DNA from: Candidatus Woesearchaeota archaeon
GTDB lineage: Archaea > Nanobdellota > Nanobdellia > Pacearchaeales > GW2011-AR1
Direction of reading: 5' to 3'
Length of the DNA: 64,000 bases
NCBI GenBank assembly: GCA_964418095.1
Contig: CAYQKM010000001.1
Span: 4,173-68,172 of the forward strand
Made by a program: the position numbers and the translations under genes. The notes under the pieces are model-generated. The model saw only the letters and a program-made list of their open reading frames with translations. It searched no databases and had not been told where the DNA came from. How positions within the stretch are numbered: position 1 is the first letter of the stretch; each line of letters opens with the position of its first letter. Below, piece by piece: positions 49,039 to 59,226 of this stretch.

Positions 49039-49731
49039 TTATTTCATTTTCTTAATTTCTTCAATTTCATCCTGAGAAATAGCACAACCTTTTGACTTTG
49101 TAGCATAAAGTAATGCATCTAAAAGAAAAAGCCCATCTTTTAATTCAGTTAATTTCTTTTTCCATGCAACATAAATTAATTCAGCTGAGCGTATAACTTT
49201 AAAATTCTTAAAATAAGCAAAGTTCTGCTTAACTAAAACAATATTAGTATGAAGTTTTCTATTAAGCAATTCTTTAAGGTTCTCAGGCTTTTCAATAAGC
49301 ATTCTAGCTGTTCTCTCGTCTATAGCCAATACATTTTTTATGCCTTTTTTATTTAAAATATCACTAAGTGCAAGACAGGATGCTTCACCATAATGCAATA
49401 ACTTAACTGGTTCTCGTTTAGTAATAAAAAATGAATTTGCTAGCTCTATAATCTCTTTAGATTTCTTTTCTACTTCTAAATTACTAATTCCATAATCTTC
49501 AGCAAGCTCTATTATTTTATCATCAAGCAGCTTTTTTGTTCTGAGTGCTTCAAGCTCAAAGTTTTTTATTGTTAAAGGTTTATCAATTACTTCATTCTTA
49601 ATTTGCCTTGTAATTAGAAAAGCTCCATCAAATATCTCTTTAAGTTTTCTCAGCTCTTTATCTAATCCATTCATAGAGAGTGTTATTAAAGTTCCAGCAT
49701 CAAAGACTATTGCTTTTTTTAATTCTTTCAT
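49039..49731 (-). CDS. hypothetical protein (possible PIN-like fold)
   Basis: 230 aa; N-terminal AIVFDAGTLITL resembles a PIN first strand with Asp; otherwise unassigned. Confidence 0.35.
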   Translation of the reverse strand: MKELKKAIVFDAGTLITLSMNGLDKELRKLKEIFDGAFLITRQIKNEVIDKPLTIKNFELEALRTKKLLDDKIIELAEDYGISNLEVEKKSKEIIELANSFFITKREPVKLLHYGEASCLALSDILNKKGIKNVLAIDERTARMLIEKPENLKELLNRKLHTNIVLVKQNFAYFKNFKVIRSAELIYVAWKKKLTELKDGLFLLDALLYATKSKGCAISQDEIEEIKKMK

Positions 49732-50004
49732 TTAATTACCCAAATCCTTATACACTGGTTTAATTGAAAGTATTTTAATTATGTACACAATAGAAATCAC
49801 TCCAAAAATCAAAAATAAAGTGAATGCAGGCCAATCTTCTTTTAAAAATGTACTTAAAGCCAGCCCAATAAGTCCAAATAAATTTAAAATATGATATAGA
49901 ACATAATCTATTTTAAGTTTTTTTGCTGAACGCAAAATATATGCTAGTATAACAAATACTAATCCAATCCATCCAATAAGATTAAATGTCATATCAATTT
50001 CCAT
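49732..50004 (-). CDS. small membrane protein
   Basis: 90 aa, three hydrophobic helices; adjacent to its neighbour with no gap. Confidence 0.35.
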   Translation of the reverse strand: MEIDMTFNLIGWIGLVFVILAYILRSAKKLKIDYVLYHILNLFGLIGLALSTFLKEDWPAFTLFLIFGVISIVYIIKILSIKPVYKDLGN

Positions 50005-50564
50005 TATCCAAATATCTCCATTGCAAGTTTAATTCTTGATTCTGTAGTTTTAGTATAACTCTCGCGCACATCAGAAATTCCTGTTTTTCCAACATATTCT
50101 GCAAGTTCATACTGGTTTATTCCTAAAAGATTTGCTGTCTGCTCCATAGAAATACCGTGCTCATAAATTCTTGAAGCTTTATTAATTTCAGCTACTCTCA
50201 AAACCTCTTTTATGTATTTCTTTAATTTTCCAGAAAGGTTTTCAACACCTCTTCTAATCATTTTAAAGTCTTCTCTAAATTTATCATAATCTTCATTCTC
50301 AATATCTTTTATTGATTTGTCAAGATAAATAATAACATTCTTATAGAATTTTTTCCACCCTGGAAGCTGTCTATAATCTATTCTCTCAATAATTTTACTT
50401 AATGAGTAAACCATAACAGCAACAGCAATATTATCAACATCTTGTGTAAGAGATGCTGTATTTATTGTTTGATTACTTAATCCTCTTATTTTAAAAGAGT
50501 CGTTTTTTTCAAGAGCATCTCTAGTTTCCTTTAAAATTCTTAAAACATTATCAGATTCTTGCAT
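50004..50564 (-). CDS. hypothetical protein with C-terminal HTH
   Basis: 186 aa; C-terminal MEQTANLLGINQYELAEYVG helix-turn-helix. Confidence 0.4.
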   Translation of the reverse strand: MQESDNVLRILKETRDALEKNDSFKIRGLSNQTINTASLTQDVDNIAVAVMVYSLSKIIERIDYRQLPGWKKFYKNVIIYLDKSIKDIENEDYDKFREDFKMIRRGVENLSGKLKKYIKEVLRVAEINKASRIYEHGISMEQTANLLGINQYELAEYVGKTGISDVRESYTKTTESRIKLAMEIFG

Positions 50565-50629
50565 TCAAATTACCTCTATATCTATGCATTTTAAAAGAAA
50601 GCAGGTTATTTAAATCTTAATACTGCACA

Positions 50630-50869
50630 TCACTTTTTTCTATGAGTATAAAGATACTTCATTAATTCAATTGAAAATACTTTTGGATTAACTTCTTTAA
50701 ACTCTGAGTGTTCTTTAAGGTAATTATTAACTTGTTCTAAAACATTAGAATAATCTCTTCCTGAAAGGAAATTAGAAAAATATTCAGTGCTTAACTTAGT
50801 TAAATCTACAATAATATCTGAATTCTCTTTAGACAAAACAAATTTTTTAACTAAATTTTCTATTTTCAT
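50630..50869 (-). CDS. hypothetical small protein
   Basis: 79-aa ORF. Confidence 0.3.
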   Translation of the reverse strand: MKIENLVKKFVLSKENSDIIVDLTKLSTEYFSNFLSGRDYSNVLEQVNNYLKEHSEFKEVNPKVFSIELMKYLYTHRKK

Positions 50870-50889
50870 ATTCTTCTTTTAAGTTTTTA

Positions 50890-51315
50890 CTATTTAAAAC
50901 TTATTCCCCCTGAATGTTTAATTCCAAAAACATAATATCCTATCCAATCCCCAACACAATGTCTATCTCTTATAGATTCAGGTGGCTCTAAAGAGTAAAT
51001 TCCCCCAATAGGAGCTTTATCTCCATAATTATTAAATAAATACCTATTGAATGAGTTTAGTTTTGAAATTACTGCCTCGTGCGCATTTCTTTTATCTCTA
51101 TCAAGGTTAATCATTGTTTCAGTAGAATCGTCAATAAATCTTTCACAATCATTAAGCTTTCTTCTATATGCTTCAAAATTAACTGTTGTATCAACATAGT
51201 CAAAAGCAGAAAATGTAAGGCTTTTAAGTAATCTTAATCCATTTTCATCTCCAGCTAAAATCTCTTCTATTTCACTTCTTCTCTGTCTCGCTTTATTTAT
51301 CTTTTTTTCATCCAT
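50890..51315 (-). CDS. hypothetical protein
   Basis: 141-aa ORF. Confidence 0.35.
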   Translation of the reverse strand: MDEKKINKARQRRSEIEEILAGDENGLRLLKSLTFSAFDYVDTTVNFEAYRRKLNDCERFIDDSTETMINLDRDKRNAHEAVISKLNSFNRYLFNNYGDKAPIGGIYSLEPPESIRDRHCVGDWIGYYVFGIKHSGGISFK

Positions 51316-51537
51316 TTTACTTCATTAAAAACTTCGCAAATTTGTATATTGAGATTATAGGTAAAACTATCAAAAGCCCAATTCCCATAAAAAATACTTC
51401 TATTCCTGCTGCAACTTCATTAAATTCCATTATTTTAATTATATAATAAGCTATTTAAATCTTTCTAATTGTTACTACTTATCAGTGTTAATAAAGATAA
51501 AGATATTATTATAAGTACATTTTAACTTTGATAATAT

Positions 51538-51879
51538 ATGAAAAAACAAGTCCTATTAGATACAAATTTTATATTAACATGCATAAAACAAAAAATTGAT
51601 TTTTTTGAGGAATTTTATTTAATGGGAATTGAAATAATTATCCCTGAAAGTGTAATCTCTGAACTGAACAAATTAAAAAGAGCTTCTGCACTAACACTTT
51701 TAGAAAAAAGTTCATTTAAAGAGATTATTTTACCTGGAAAAAATGTAGATAATTCTATAATTCAATTTGCAAGAGCTAATCCTCAAATAATAATTGCTAC
51801 ACTAGACAGAACAATGAGAAAAAAAATAAAAAATAAAAAAGTAACAATAAGAGGAAGAAAAACACTAGAAATTCTATAA
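51538..51879 (+). CDS. PIN-domain protein, conserved neighbour of rpoE
   Basis: N-terminal QVLLDTNFIL and later IIIATLD acidic positions; 113 aa. Confidence 0.5.
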   Translation: MKKQVLLDTNFILTCIKQKIDFFEEFYLMGIEIIIPESVISELNKLKRASALTLLEKSSFKEIILPGKNVDNSIIQFARANPQIIIATLDRTMRKKIKNKKVTIRGRKTLEIL

Positions 51880-51908
51880 TAACCTACGAGCAGTCCATTA
51901 AATACTAA

Positions 51909-51926
51909 CCGAAGAGCTTTTAAACC
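51909..51926 (+). promoter_or_regulatory. BRE-TATA promoter (CCGAAGAGCTTTTAAACC) for rpoE
   Basis: TATA TTTTAAA about 30 nt upstream of the rpoE ATG; same motif as upstream of rps12 and rpoH. Confidence 0.6.
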
Positions 51927-51952
51927 AATTTTTACTTTAATTTTGAGATAAA

Positions 51953-52576
51953 ATGTTTTATTTAACTGAAGTTGAAGACTATGTAAGGGTTGAACCAAAA
52001 CTATTTGGATTACCGACAGTAGAGGCAGTTGACCAGCAGCTTAGAGAAGTTTATTCAAATTATTATAATAAAGAATTAGGCAGATCTGTTGCTGTTATAG
52101 AAGTGCTTGAAGTTGGTGAAGGAGTAATTATACCTGGAGATGGTGCAGCATATTACAACTCAAGATTTAAACTGCTTGTCTGGAAACCTGAACTTCAAGA
52201 ATTAGTTTTTGGAGAAGTCTCTGAAATAACTAAGTTCGGAGCATTCATAGATATGGGTGCAATGAGAGGGATGATTCATATAAGCCAGACAATGGATGAC
52301 TTTGTTAGTTTTAGTAAAACAAACATCCTTTCAGGAAAAGTTTCAAAAAGAAATTTAAAACAAGGAGATACATGCATGGCAAGAATAGTTGCAATCTCTC
52401 ACAAAGGAGATGAACCAAAAATAGGATTAACAATGAGACAACCTGGATTAGGAAAATTAGACTGGATAAAAGAAGATTCTATTAAAAAAGAAAAAGAAGC
52501 TGAAAAAGCAGAAAAGTTAGCTGCTAAAGGAGAAGCAAAATCAGAGAAAAAATCAAAAGGAAATAAAAAGAAATAA
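51953..52576 (+). CDS. rpoE: RNA polymerase subunit E' (Rpb7 homolog, S1 domain)
   Basis: N-terminal MFYLTEVEDYVRVEP, S1-fold region GEVSEITKFGAFIDMG; conserved linkage to spt4. Confidence 0.85.
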   Translation: MFYLTEVEDYVRVEPKLFGLPTVEAVDQQLREVYSNYYNKELGRSVAVIEVLEVGEGVIIPGDGAAYYNSRFKLLVWKPELQELVFGEVSEITKFGAFIDMGAMRGMIHISQTMDDFVSFSKTNILSGKVSKRNLKQGDTCMARIVAISHKGDEPKIGLTMRQPGLGKLDWIKEDSIKKEKEAEKAEKLAAKGEAKSEKKSKGNKKK

Positions 52577-52577
52577 A

Positions 52578-52772
52578 ATGGCAAAAGCAAGAGCTTGTAA
52601 ACTATGTGGAAGGATAACAGAAGAAAAAGGAGATAAATGCCCTTCTTGTGGATCAAAAGAATTAACTGAAAGTTTCAAAGGAAGAATTGTAGTTTTAGAT
52701 TCAGAAAAATCAGAGGTAGCAAAAAAATTAAATATAAAAGACACTGGAAACTTTGCAATTAAAACTAGATAG
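52578..52772 (+). CDS. spt4: transcription elongation factor Spt4 (RpoE'')
   Basis: Zn ribbon CKLCG...CPSCGS; 64 aa; position after rpoE. Confidence 0.8.
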   Translation: MAKARACKLCGRITEEKGDKCPSCGSKELTESFKGRIVVLDSEKSEVAKKLNIKDTGNFAIKTR

Positions 52773-52786
52773 ATTAACTAATTCAA

Positions 52787-53146
52787 ATGGAAATAAAAGA
52801 TATTAAAGAAATCAAAAACCTTGTTTTTGAAAGAAGAGAACTTGAAGCAAAAGTTATTGCAGATATTACTCCAACAAAAAAAGATGTTACCTTAGCTCTT
52901 GCAAAAAAGCTTTCTGTAAGTGAAGATGCAATAAAATTAAAAGGAATATATGGGAGATTTGGTGTAAGAGAATTTGAAATTAAAGCAAATATTTACAAAT
53001 CAAAAAAAGATAAAGATAAAGTAGAAAAAAAGACAAAAAAAGAAATTGAAGAAGAAAAAAAAGAAGCAGAAGCAGCAAGGAAAGCTGCTCAAGAAGCTAA
53101 AAAAGCTAAGGAAGAAGCTAAACAATCTGAGGAGAAAACAGAATAA
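52787..53146 (+). CDS. rps24e: ribosomal protein S24e
   Basis: Conserved position in the rpoE-spt4-S24e-S27ae cluster; S24e-like N-terminal domain with Lys-rich tail. Confidence 0.75.
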   Translation: MEIKDIKEIKNLVFERRELEAKVIADITPTKKDVTLALAKKLSVSEDAIKLKGIYGRFGVREFEIKANIYKSKKDKDKVEKKTKKEIEEEKKEAEAARKAAQEAKKAKEEAKQSEEKTE

Positions 53147-53151
53147 ATAAA

Positions 53152-53367
53152 ATGGCAAAGAAAATAGTAAAAAAAGGAAAGAAAAAACATGTTAATAAAC
53201 CAACTAGCAAAAAATATACAAAATATAAAGTAGAAGGAACAAAAGTAACAAGAACACACAAATTCTGCCCAAGATGCGGACCAGGAGTATTTTTAATGAA
53301 TTCTAAAGGAAGACTGTATTGTGGAAAGTGCCACTATACTGAATTTATAACTAAGCAAGATAAGTAA
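53152..53367 (+). CDS. rps27ae: ribosomal protein S27ae
   Basis: Zn ribbon CPRCG...CGKC; 71 aa. Confidence 0.85.
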   Translation: MAKKIVKKGKKKHVNKPTSKKYTKYKVEGTKVTRTHKFCPRCGPGVFLMNSKGRLYCGKCHYTEFITKQDK

Positions 53368-53453
53368 AAAAGTTTAAGAATATTCTCTCAATTTCTAAAA
53401 TCTTTATTTAAGAAGATTTAGAAATGTTATCTGCTTTTTTATATGAATATTTG

Positions 53454-53804
53454 TCATTTTTGTTTAGAATCATATTCAGTATGACATTTTGAGCATAAAA
53501 AGCGAAAGTGTTTGTCTATCGGCTTATGGGAAAGAACTATCTCCTTTTCGGATTTATCTAAGTCTACTTTAACTAATCTACGTTCCTTATCAATTAGATA
53601 TTTTTTCAATAATATTTTTTCAATAACCTCTTTTCTAGAATTTCCCCGAATGTGTGCTGCTTCTAATTCTCTGATTTGATTACACTCTTGACAAATATGA
53701 TTTAATTCTAATTTTCTTTTTTTAGTCATAGATTGAATCACATTTCTAATTCTAGGGCCGATATATTTATGAAACTCTTCTATAGTACAAGTTATTTCTG
53801 CCAT
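53454..53804 (-). CDS. HNH endonuclease (His-Me finger)
   Basis: CQEC ... LEAAHIRGN ... CSKCH, two CxxC pairs flanking the His motif; 116 aa. Confidence 0.6.
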   Translation of the reverse strand: MAEITCTIEEFHKYIGPRIRNVIQSMTKKRKLELNHICQECNQIRELEAAHIRGNSRKEVIEKILLKKYLIDKERRLVKVDLDKSEKEIVLSHKPIDKHFRFLCSKCHTEYDSKQK

Positions 53805-53989
53805 ATTTGTTAAAGAAATAATACATATAAAAACTTATCCTCAAATCTACGACAAACTTCTATTAATCTCTTGCATTCTAGTAATGTTAAAAAAATATCC
53901 TTCACACTCTTCTTAATGCTAATAAGATAAATAGAAATTAATTTCAAAACCAGGGGAGAGACTTATAAAAACACTAGTTTAAACCCTAT

Positions 53990-54352
53990 TTAGTTATTAG
54001 TTATATTCTTCTTAGCATAATCAAAATGATATTTAAATAATTCATCATGATATATCCCAATTATGGATCTTTCTTGCTGCAAATTTCTTTGATTTTTGTT
54101 ATACTTTCTTATTATATACCAACCTAAACCAATTAAAGCAAAAATAAAATAGATAAAAATAACCCAGTAAACCTGAAATAAATACGCTACTGAAAATCCA
54201 GATAATGCCAAAGCCAATAAGGATAGTGTAATGGTGGTATTATACATAGAACCTTGATGACTGGCGATTGTTTTTGTTAAGAATCTATTTAATAAAAACC
54301 TTCTGTCTTCTTCCTTTATCTTTTTTATATCTAATGGAAATTGTCCTTTCAC
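53990..54352 (-). CDS. small membrane protein
   Basis: 120 aa, two or three hydrophobic helices. Confidence 0.35.
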   Translation of the reverse strand: MKGQFPLDIKKIKEEDRRFLLNRFLTKTIASHQGSMYNTTITLSLLALALSGFSVAYLFQVYWVIFIYFIFALIGLGWYIIRKYNKNQRNLQQERSIIGIYHDELFKYHFDYAKKNITNN

Positions 54353-54379
54353 TTTTATAATTCCGCTTGTTAATGTACA

Positions 54380-54985
54380 TCATTCAAGGAGTTTATATTT
54401 AAAGGTCATAGATTCTGCATAATTTCCTTCATTGGAATCTATATGACTTATTATTTTTATAGCTATAAATGAGTCTCCCATTATCCCATTCCTGTCTTTA
54501 TCAATAGAAAGACAAATAATCTCTTCATCTTTTACAGGAATACTATAACTAAGAGTTGTATTTACTTCAGAACTATTTTGATGTGAATTAAATTCGCTAT
54601 CTAATCCATATCTTATAAATTCGCAACTGTCTTTTGTTACCCTATCTAAATCTAATTCTTCAATTTTAACGGGCATTGAAGCAGTAATGCAATTCCCAAA
54701 TCTTGGATTTCCATTGCACCAATAACCATAAATCCTCCCTATCCCATCTGTATATTGATAGTTAGTAGACTCCCATTGAAAATTTCCCTTTAAACTATTA
54801 ATTGATACTTGTCCGTCAAAAGAATCAAATGTTTCTAAATGTTTAATTGTTACAACTTCTTTAAAGATGGCATCGTCTCCTTCAAAGACATTTCTTTGTT
54901 TAAATTGCCATATTATAATACAGGTTACAATCAATAGAATTATTATAAACCCTGCCACAATACTTATCTTCAATCTCTTTTTCAT
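54380..54985 (-). CDS. secreted/membrane-anchored hypothetical protein
   Basis: N-terminal signal-anchor helix, Cys-containing extracellular domain. Confidence 0.4.
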   Translation of the reverse strand: MKKRLKISIVAGFIIILLIVTCIIIWQFKQRNVFEGDDAIFKEVVTIKHLETFDSFDGQVSINSLKGNFQWESTNYQYTDGIGRIYGYWCNGNPRFGNCITASMPVKIEELDLDRVTKDSCEFIRYGLDSEFNSHQNSSEVNTTLSYSIPVKDEEIICLSIDKDRNGIMGDSFIAIKIISHIDSNEGNYAESMTFKYKLLE

Positions 54986-55328
54986 AACTCTATTAAAGCA
55001 ATCTCTTTTAAAAACATTTTCAAAACATAAATTATTTCAAAACCCTGGGAGAATCTTCAAGCCAACAAATAGCAGACCTGAAGCGTCTCCTGGGTAAAAA
55101 GAGGTGATAATAAATGCAATACTATTAACTATTTAAACCTTTCTATTATGTTACTCTTTAAAAATGACACTCCTTAATAAACTTAAAGTGACAACGAATT
55201 TTTTAATAGTCCCTCTAAAATTATAAAAAATATAAAATTACTTAATAACTACTTATATTTTTAATAACTACTTTATACTATCTAAATCCTTTATAAAACT
55301 TTATATATTAGAAAACCATAAATTTTCA

Positions 55329-56345
55329 ATGGAAAAGCAAGGTGAAACCTTCAATACCCTCTTAGATTCACTAAATCCAATAAAACCACAAGAGGTTGTT
55401 GAAAACACGAACACACTAAAAACAAATGTAAAGCAAGAAGAAATACACGACTTATTATTTAGTAAAGAAATTGGTTGGAGAGATATTATTTATGATTTAA
55501 TAAACACAGAACAATTAGATCCCTGGGATATTGATTTAAGTGTTTTAACTGAAAAATACTTTCAAAGAATACAAGAAATGGATGAAAAGAACTTTTTCAT
55601 TTCAAGTAAGGTACTTTTAGCTGCATCTTTACTTCTCAGAATAAAATCTGAAATACTCTTAAACAAATACATAAAAAGCATAGATGAAATCCTTTTCGGT
55701 CATAAAGAAGAAATTAAAAAAGCCTCTTTTGAGAGAATAGAACTTGAAGAAGAAATCCCTGAACTAATACCAAGAAGCCCTCTTCCAAGATTTAGAAAAG
55801 TAACACTAAAAGAATTATTAGAATCACTAAATAAAGCAATAATAACAGAGAATAGAAGAATAAAAAAGGAAATAATAAATAAAAATGCTTTAAGAGAAAG
55901 CTCAATCTCTCTCCCTAAAAGAAAATTTAGTATAAAAGACAAAATAATTGAAATAACAAGAATTCTTGATTCTAAATTTAGTACTAAAAAAGAACTTAAA
56001 AAAATAACATTCACAGAGCTTGCAGGAACTGAAAGAGAAAAAAGAATAGAACACTTTTCACCTTTATTGCATATTGAATCTCAAAAGAAAATCTGGTTAG
56101 AACAATCAATTCATTTTGAAGAAATAGAAATCTGGGAAAAAAATAATTATTGGGAAAAAAAGGGAGATCCATTTAGAGAGCTAATAACAGAATTAAAAGA
56201 AGGAACTTACACTGAAAATAAAGTATCAGATGAAGAATTTAATAAGTTTGCAGAAATAGATGAAAAATATGAACTTGAAGAGCAAGAAAAAGCATCAAAG
56301 AAATTTTCAAGGAAAATAAAGTTAGAAGAAGACCAAGAGGAGTAA
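55329..56345 (+). CDS. scpA: segregation and condensation protein A (kleisin) with acidic C-terminal extension
   Basis: N-terminal ScpA-like region (LDPWDIDLSVLTEKYFQ); 338 aa. Confidence 0.6.
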   Translation: MEKQGETFNTLLDSLNPIKPQEVVENTNTLKTNVKQEEIHDLLFSKEIGWRDIIYDLINTEQLDPWDIDLSVLTEKYFQRIQEMDEKNFFISSKVLLAASLLLRIKSEILLNKYIKSIDEILFGHKEEIKKASFERIELEEEIPELIPRSPLPRFRKVTLKELLESLNKAIITENRRIKKEIINKNALRESSISLPKRKFSIKDKIIEITRILDSKFSTKKELKKITFTELAGTEREKRIEHFSPLLHIESQKKIWLEQSIHFEEIEIWEKNNYWEKKGDPFRELITELKEGTYTENKVSDEEFNKFAEIDEKYELEEQEKASKKFSRKIKLEEDQEE

Positions 56346-56346
56346 T

Positions 56347-57015
56347 ATGAAAATAGGCTCTTTATTCTCAGGTGGAAAAGACTCTGTTTATGCAACTTAT
56401 CTTGCTAAAAAACAAGGGTATGAAATTGCTTGTTTAATAACACTTGACTCTAAAAATAAAGAATCTTACATGTTTCACACATTAAACATAAAAAAAACAA
56501 AGCACCAAGCAAAATCAATGAACCTCCCTTTAATAACCTATAATACAGAAGGGAAAAAAGAAGAAGAGTTAATTGATTTAGAAAATTCAATAAAATTAGC
56601 TATAAAAAAATACAAAATTGAGGGGATAGTTACAGGAGCAATAGAATCTACTTATCAATTATCTAGAATTCAAAAAATATGCACTAAATTAAAAATAAAA
56701 TGTTTAAACCCATTATGGAAAATAAACCCTTTTGATTATCTAAATGATTTAGTAAAGAATAAATTTAAAGTAATAATAATAGGTGTGTTTGCATATCCTT
56801 TAAATCAGTCCTGGTTAGGAAAAGAAATAGACAATAAACTAATAGAAGAAATAACCAAAGTTCATAAAAAGTATAAAGTCCATCTAACTGGAGAAGGCGG
56901 AGAGTTTGAAACCTTTGTATTAAACTGTCCTCTATTTAAGAAACCCCTTAAAATAAAATCATTTAAAGATTTTAAAGAGGGTGAAAACTCTTGGAGAAGA
57001 GAAATAAAACTCTAA
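56347..57015 (+). CDS. dph6: diphthine-ammonia ligase (Dph6 / MJ0570-family PP-loop ATPase)
   Basis: PP-loop SGGKDS near the N-terminus and family signature EGGEFETFVL near the C-terminus; 222 aa. Confidence 0.7.
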   Translation: MKIGSLFSGGKDSVYATYLAKKQGYEIACLITLDSKNKESYMFHTLNIKKTKHQAKSMNLPLITYNTEGKKEEELIDLENSIKLAIKKYKIEGIVTGAIESTYQLSRIQKICTKLKIKCLNPLWKINPFDYLNDLVKNKFKVIIIGVFAYPLNQSWLGKEIDNKLIEEITKVHKKYKVHLTGEGGEFETFVLNCPLFKKPLKIKSFKDFKEGENSWRREIKL

Positions 57016-57033
57016 TTAACTACAACAAACACA

Positions 57034-58218
57034 ATGAAAATACTAAAATTTTTAAAAAATCTATTGAAAGAAGAGGATAAAGAAGAAGTAACTAGTGAGC
57101 AAGAAATAGAATTATCTAAAATAGAAGATTCACTCAAAGAAAAAGAGAAGTCACTTAAAGAAAAAGAAACTCTCTTAATCTCTGAAATAAACTCAAAGAT
57201 AAATTTATTTATTAAAGAACTTAAAGAAAAAATAGAAATTGTTAAAGAAGTAGAAATAGAATCAAAAGAAAAAAATGAAAAAATAAAGTCAGTTGTTTAT
57301 GAAGGAAGAAAAAAATACATTGAATTTCTTGAAAAGCTTATGAATAATCTAACAGACACCCTAGATATAACTGAATTTAGTAAAAAAATAAAAGACATTA
57401 ACTCCTCATTTTCAAGGTTTAATGAAACCTCTCATAATAGCTATGAAAGGGCCACAATACTTATTGGAAAAGAAATGGGAAACATAAAAGAATCCTTAAA
57501 AAAATTCTCTAATGAAATTCTAGAAATATTCAATGAAAATAAGCAGATAATCTCAGACTACAACACTCTAATTGCTATCAAAAACACACACAAGAATATA
57601 ATCAAAAATGAAGAAGAAATTAAAAAATCAGAAAACAAATCAGAAGAAACAATAAAAAAAATAGAGTCAAATAAAAAAGAAAAAACTAAATTAGAAAATA
57701 AATTAGAAGAAACAAAAAAAAGCAAAGAATATCTTGAAAATCTAAAAATTAAAGAGCAAATAAAATTGCAAGAAGAGGATATTAAAAACCAAATATCTGA
57801 ATTAAGGCAATTAATAGATTTTAAAGCACTCTCTAATTTCTTTCATATTTTTGAAGATAAGATGAGCTTAATAAAAGCACATAAAGATAATTTTAGTGGA
57901 GAATTTAATCTGGATAATGGAGAAAAAATATTAAAATTACTAGAAGATTCTAATCTAAATAATAAAGAAATTTCAGATAAAATAGAAGAAATAATCTTGA
58001 ATAAAAACAATCTAAAAGAAAAGGAAAAGAGCATAAGAGAAGACAAAACTATCCATATAATTTCAGAAGTAAATGCCGTCGAGGAAAAGATAGAAAACCT
58101 AAAAAAAGAATTAGAATGGATTAATAAAACATCAGAAAAAGCTAAACTAAATAATCAGGAAAACTTAAAAAGCATAAAAGAACAGGCAAAATCAATAAAA
58201 ATAATAATAAAAGACTAA
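57034..58218 (+). CDS. coiled-coil protein (K/E-rich)
   Basis: 394 aa with heptad-like low-complexity composition. Confidence 0.4.
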   Translation: MKILKFLKNLLKEEDKEEVTSEQEIELSKIEDSLKEKEKSLKEKETLLISEINSKINLFIKELKEKIEIVKEVEIESKEKNEKIKSVVYEGRKKYIEFLEKLMNNLTDTLDITEFSKKIKDINSSFSRFNETSHNSYERATILIGKEMGNIKESLKKFSNEILEIFNENKQIISDYNTLIAIKNTHKNIIKNEEEIKKSENKSEETIKKIESNKKEKTKLENKLEETKKSKEYLENLKIKEQIKLQEEDIKNQISELRQLIDFKALSNFFHIFEDKMSLIKAHKDNFSGEFNLDNGEKILKLLEDSNLNNKEISDKIEEIILNKNNLKEKEKSIREDKTIHIISEVNAVEEKIENLKKELEWINKTSEKAKLNNQENLKSIKEQAKSIKIIIKD

Positions 58219-58273
58219 ATCAAAAGATTAAAAAAGCATATAATCTATAATATATTATTAAAGACAATCTAAA

Positions 58274-58519
58274 ATGAGGAAAAAAAGAGGTTCTAAAAAG
58301 AAGAAAAACTGCGCTAAGGTAAATAAATTTCTTAACTTTGGAACTCAAAAATCAGTGTTTTGGGCAATAACCATTTCAGCAATAGTTCTAACAATTCTCG
58401 GATTAACACTTGTTTCAGAGGAAAGACAAATCATAATCTCTCTAAATATTATTTGGATTATGGAAGCAATATATGTTTGGATATACCTTGAAGCAAGAAA
58501 AACATATAACTTCAAATAA
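58274..58519 (+). CDS. small membrane protein
   Basis: 81 aa, two hydrophobic helices. Confidence 0.3.
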   Translation: MRKKRGSKKKKNCAKVNKFLNFGTQKSVFWAITISAIVLTILGLTLVSEERQIIISLNIIWIMEAIYVWIYLEARKTYNFK

Positions 58520-58567
58520 ATTTGAACACTTCAAATTGTTTATAAATAGCTTTTTCTTAGATTTTCT

Positions 58568-59191
58568 ATGGGTGAAAATCATTTTATACTAGTATCTTTA
58601 GATGATTCAAAATCAGAAGCTATCTCAAAGGTTTTAGGAAATAAGTCTTGTAAAAAGATAATTGCCTATTTAAGTGAAAAAAAAGAAGCAAGTCAAAATG
58701 ATTTATCTAATGCTCTAAATATTCCTTTAAACACACTAGATTATAATATAAAGAAACTTTTAGAATCAGGATTCATACAAAAAAAGAAAGATTTTTTTTG
58801 GAGTAAAAAAGGTAAAAAAATAATTATGTATGAGCTCTCAAACAAATCAATAATAATCTCCCCTAAAAAATCAAATTTTAAGAAAATTAAATCTATTATG
58901 CCTGCATTTATAATCACAGCAATAGCCACATCTGCTATTTGGATATATGAAAAAACAAAATACTCTTTAAACTATTCAAAACAGAGCTTAGTAGAGCCAG
59001 CCAGAGAGTATATTGTAAAAGAATCACCTGAAGTCCTCTTAAGAGGAGCAGATGCAGGCAATATAATTGCAACTTCATCTGATTATGCACCTTTAGCACT
59101 CTCTACACCTCATTTAGTCTGGCCCTGGTTCTTAGCAGGAGCATTAATAATAACACTCATACTTTCAATTGTAAATTGGAAAAAACTTTAG
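58568..59191 (+). CDS. membrane-anchored winged-HTH regulator
   Basis: N-terminal ArsR-like wHTH (SQNDLSNALNIPLNTLDYNIKKLLESGFI) and hydrophobic helices in the C-terminal half. Confidence 0.5.
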   Translation: MGENHFILVSLDDSKSEAISKVLGNKSCKKIIAYLSEKKEASQNDLSNALNIPLNTLDYNIKKLLESGFIQKKKDFFWSKKGKKIIMYELSNKSIIISPKKSNFKKIKSIMPAFIITAIATSAIWIYEKTKYSLNYSKQSLVEPAREYIVKESPEVLLRGADAGNIIATSSDYAPLALSTPHLVWPWFLAGALIITLILSIVNWKKL

Positions 59192-59226
59192 TTAAATAAA
59201 GAATAATTGAAAGGAGGTAAAAACAA

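Noticed and set aside
54867-55097. 76-aa plus-strand ORF overlapping the start of 54380..54985 and the GC-rich hairpin
   Set aside because: Overlaps a better-supported minus-strand gene; the region is better explained as promoter/structured RNA.
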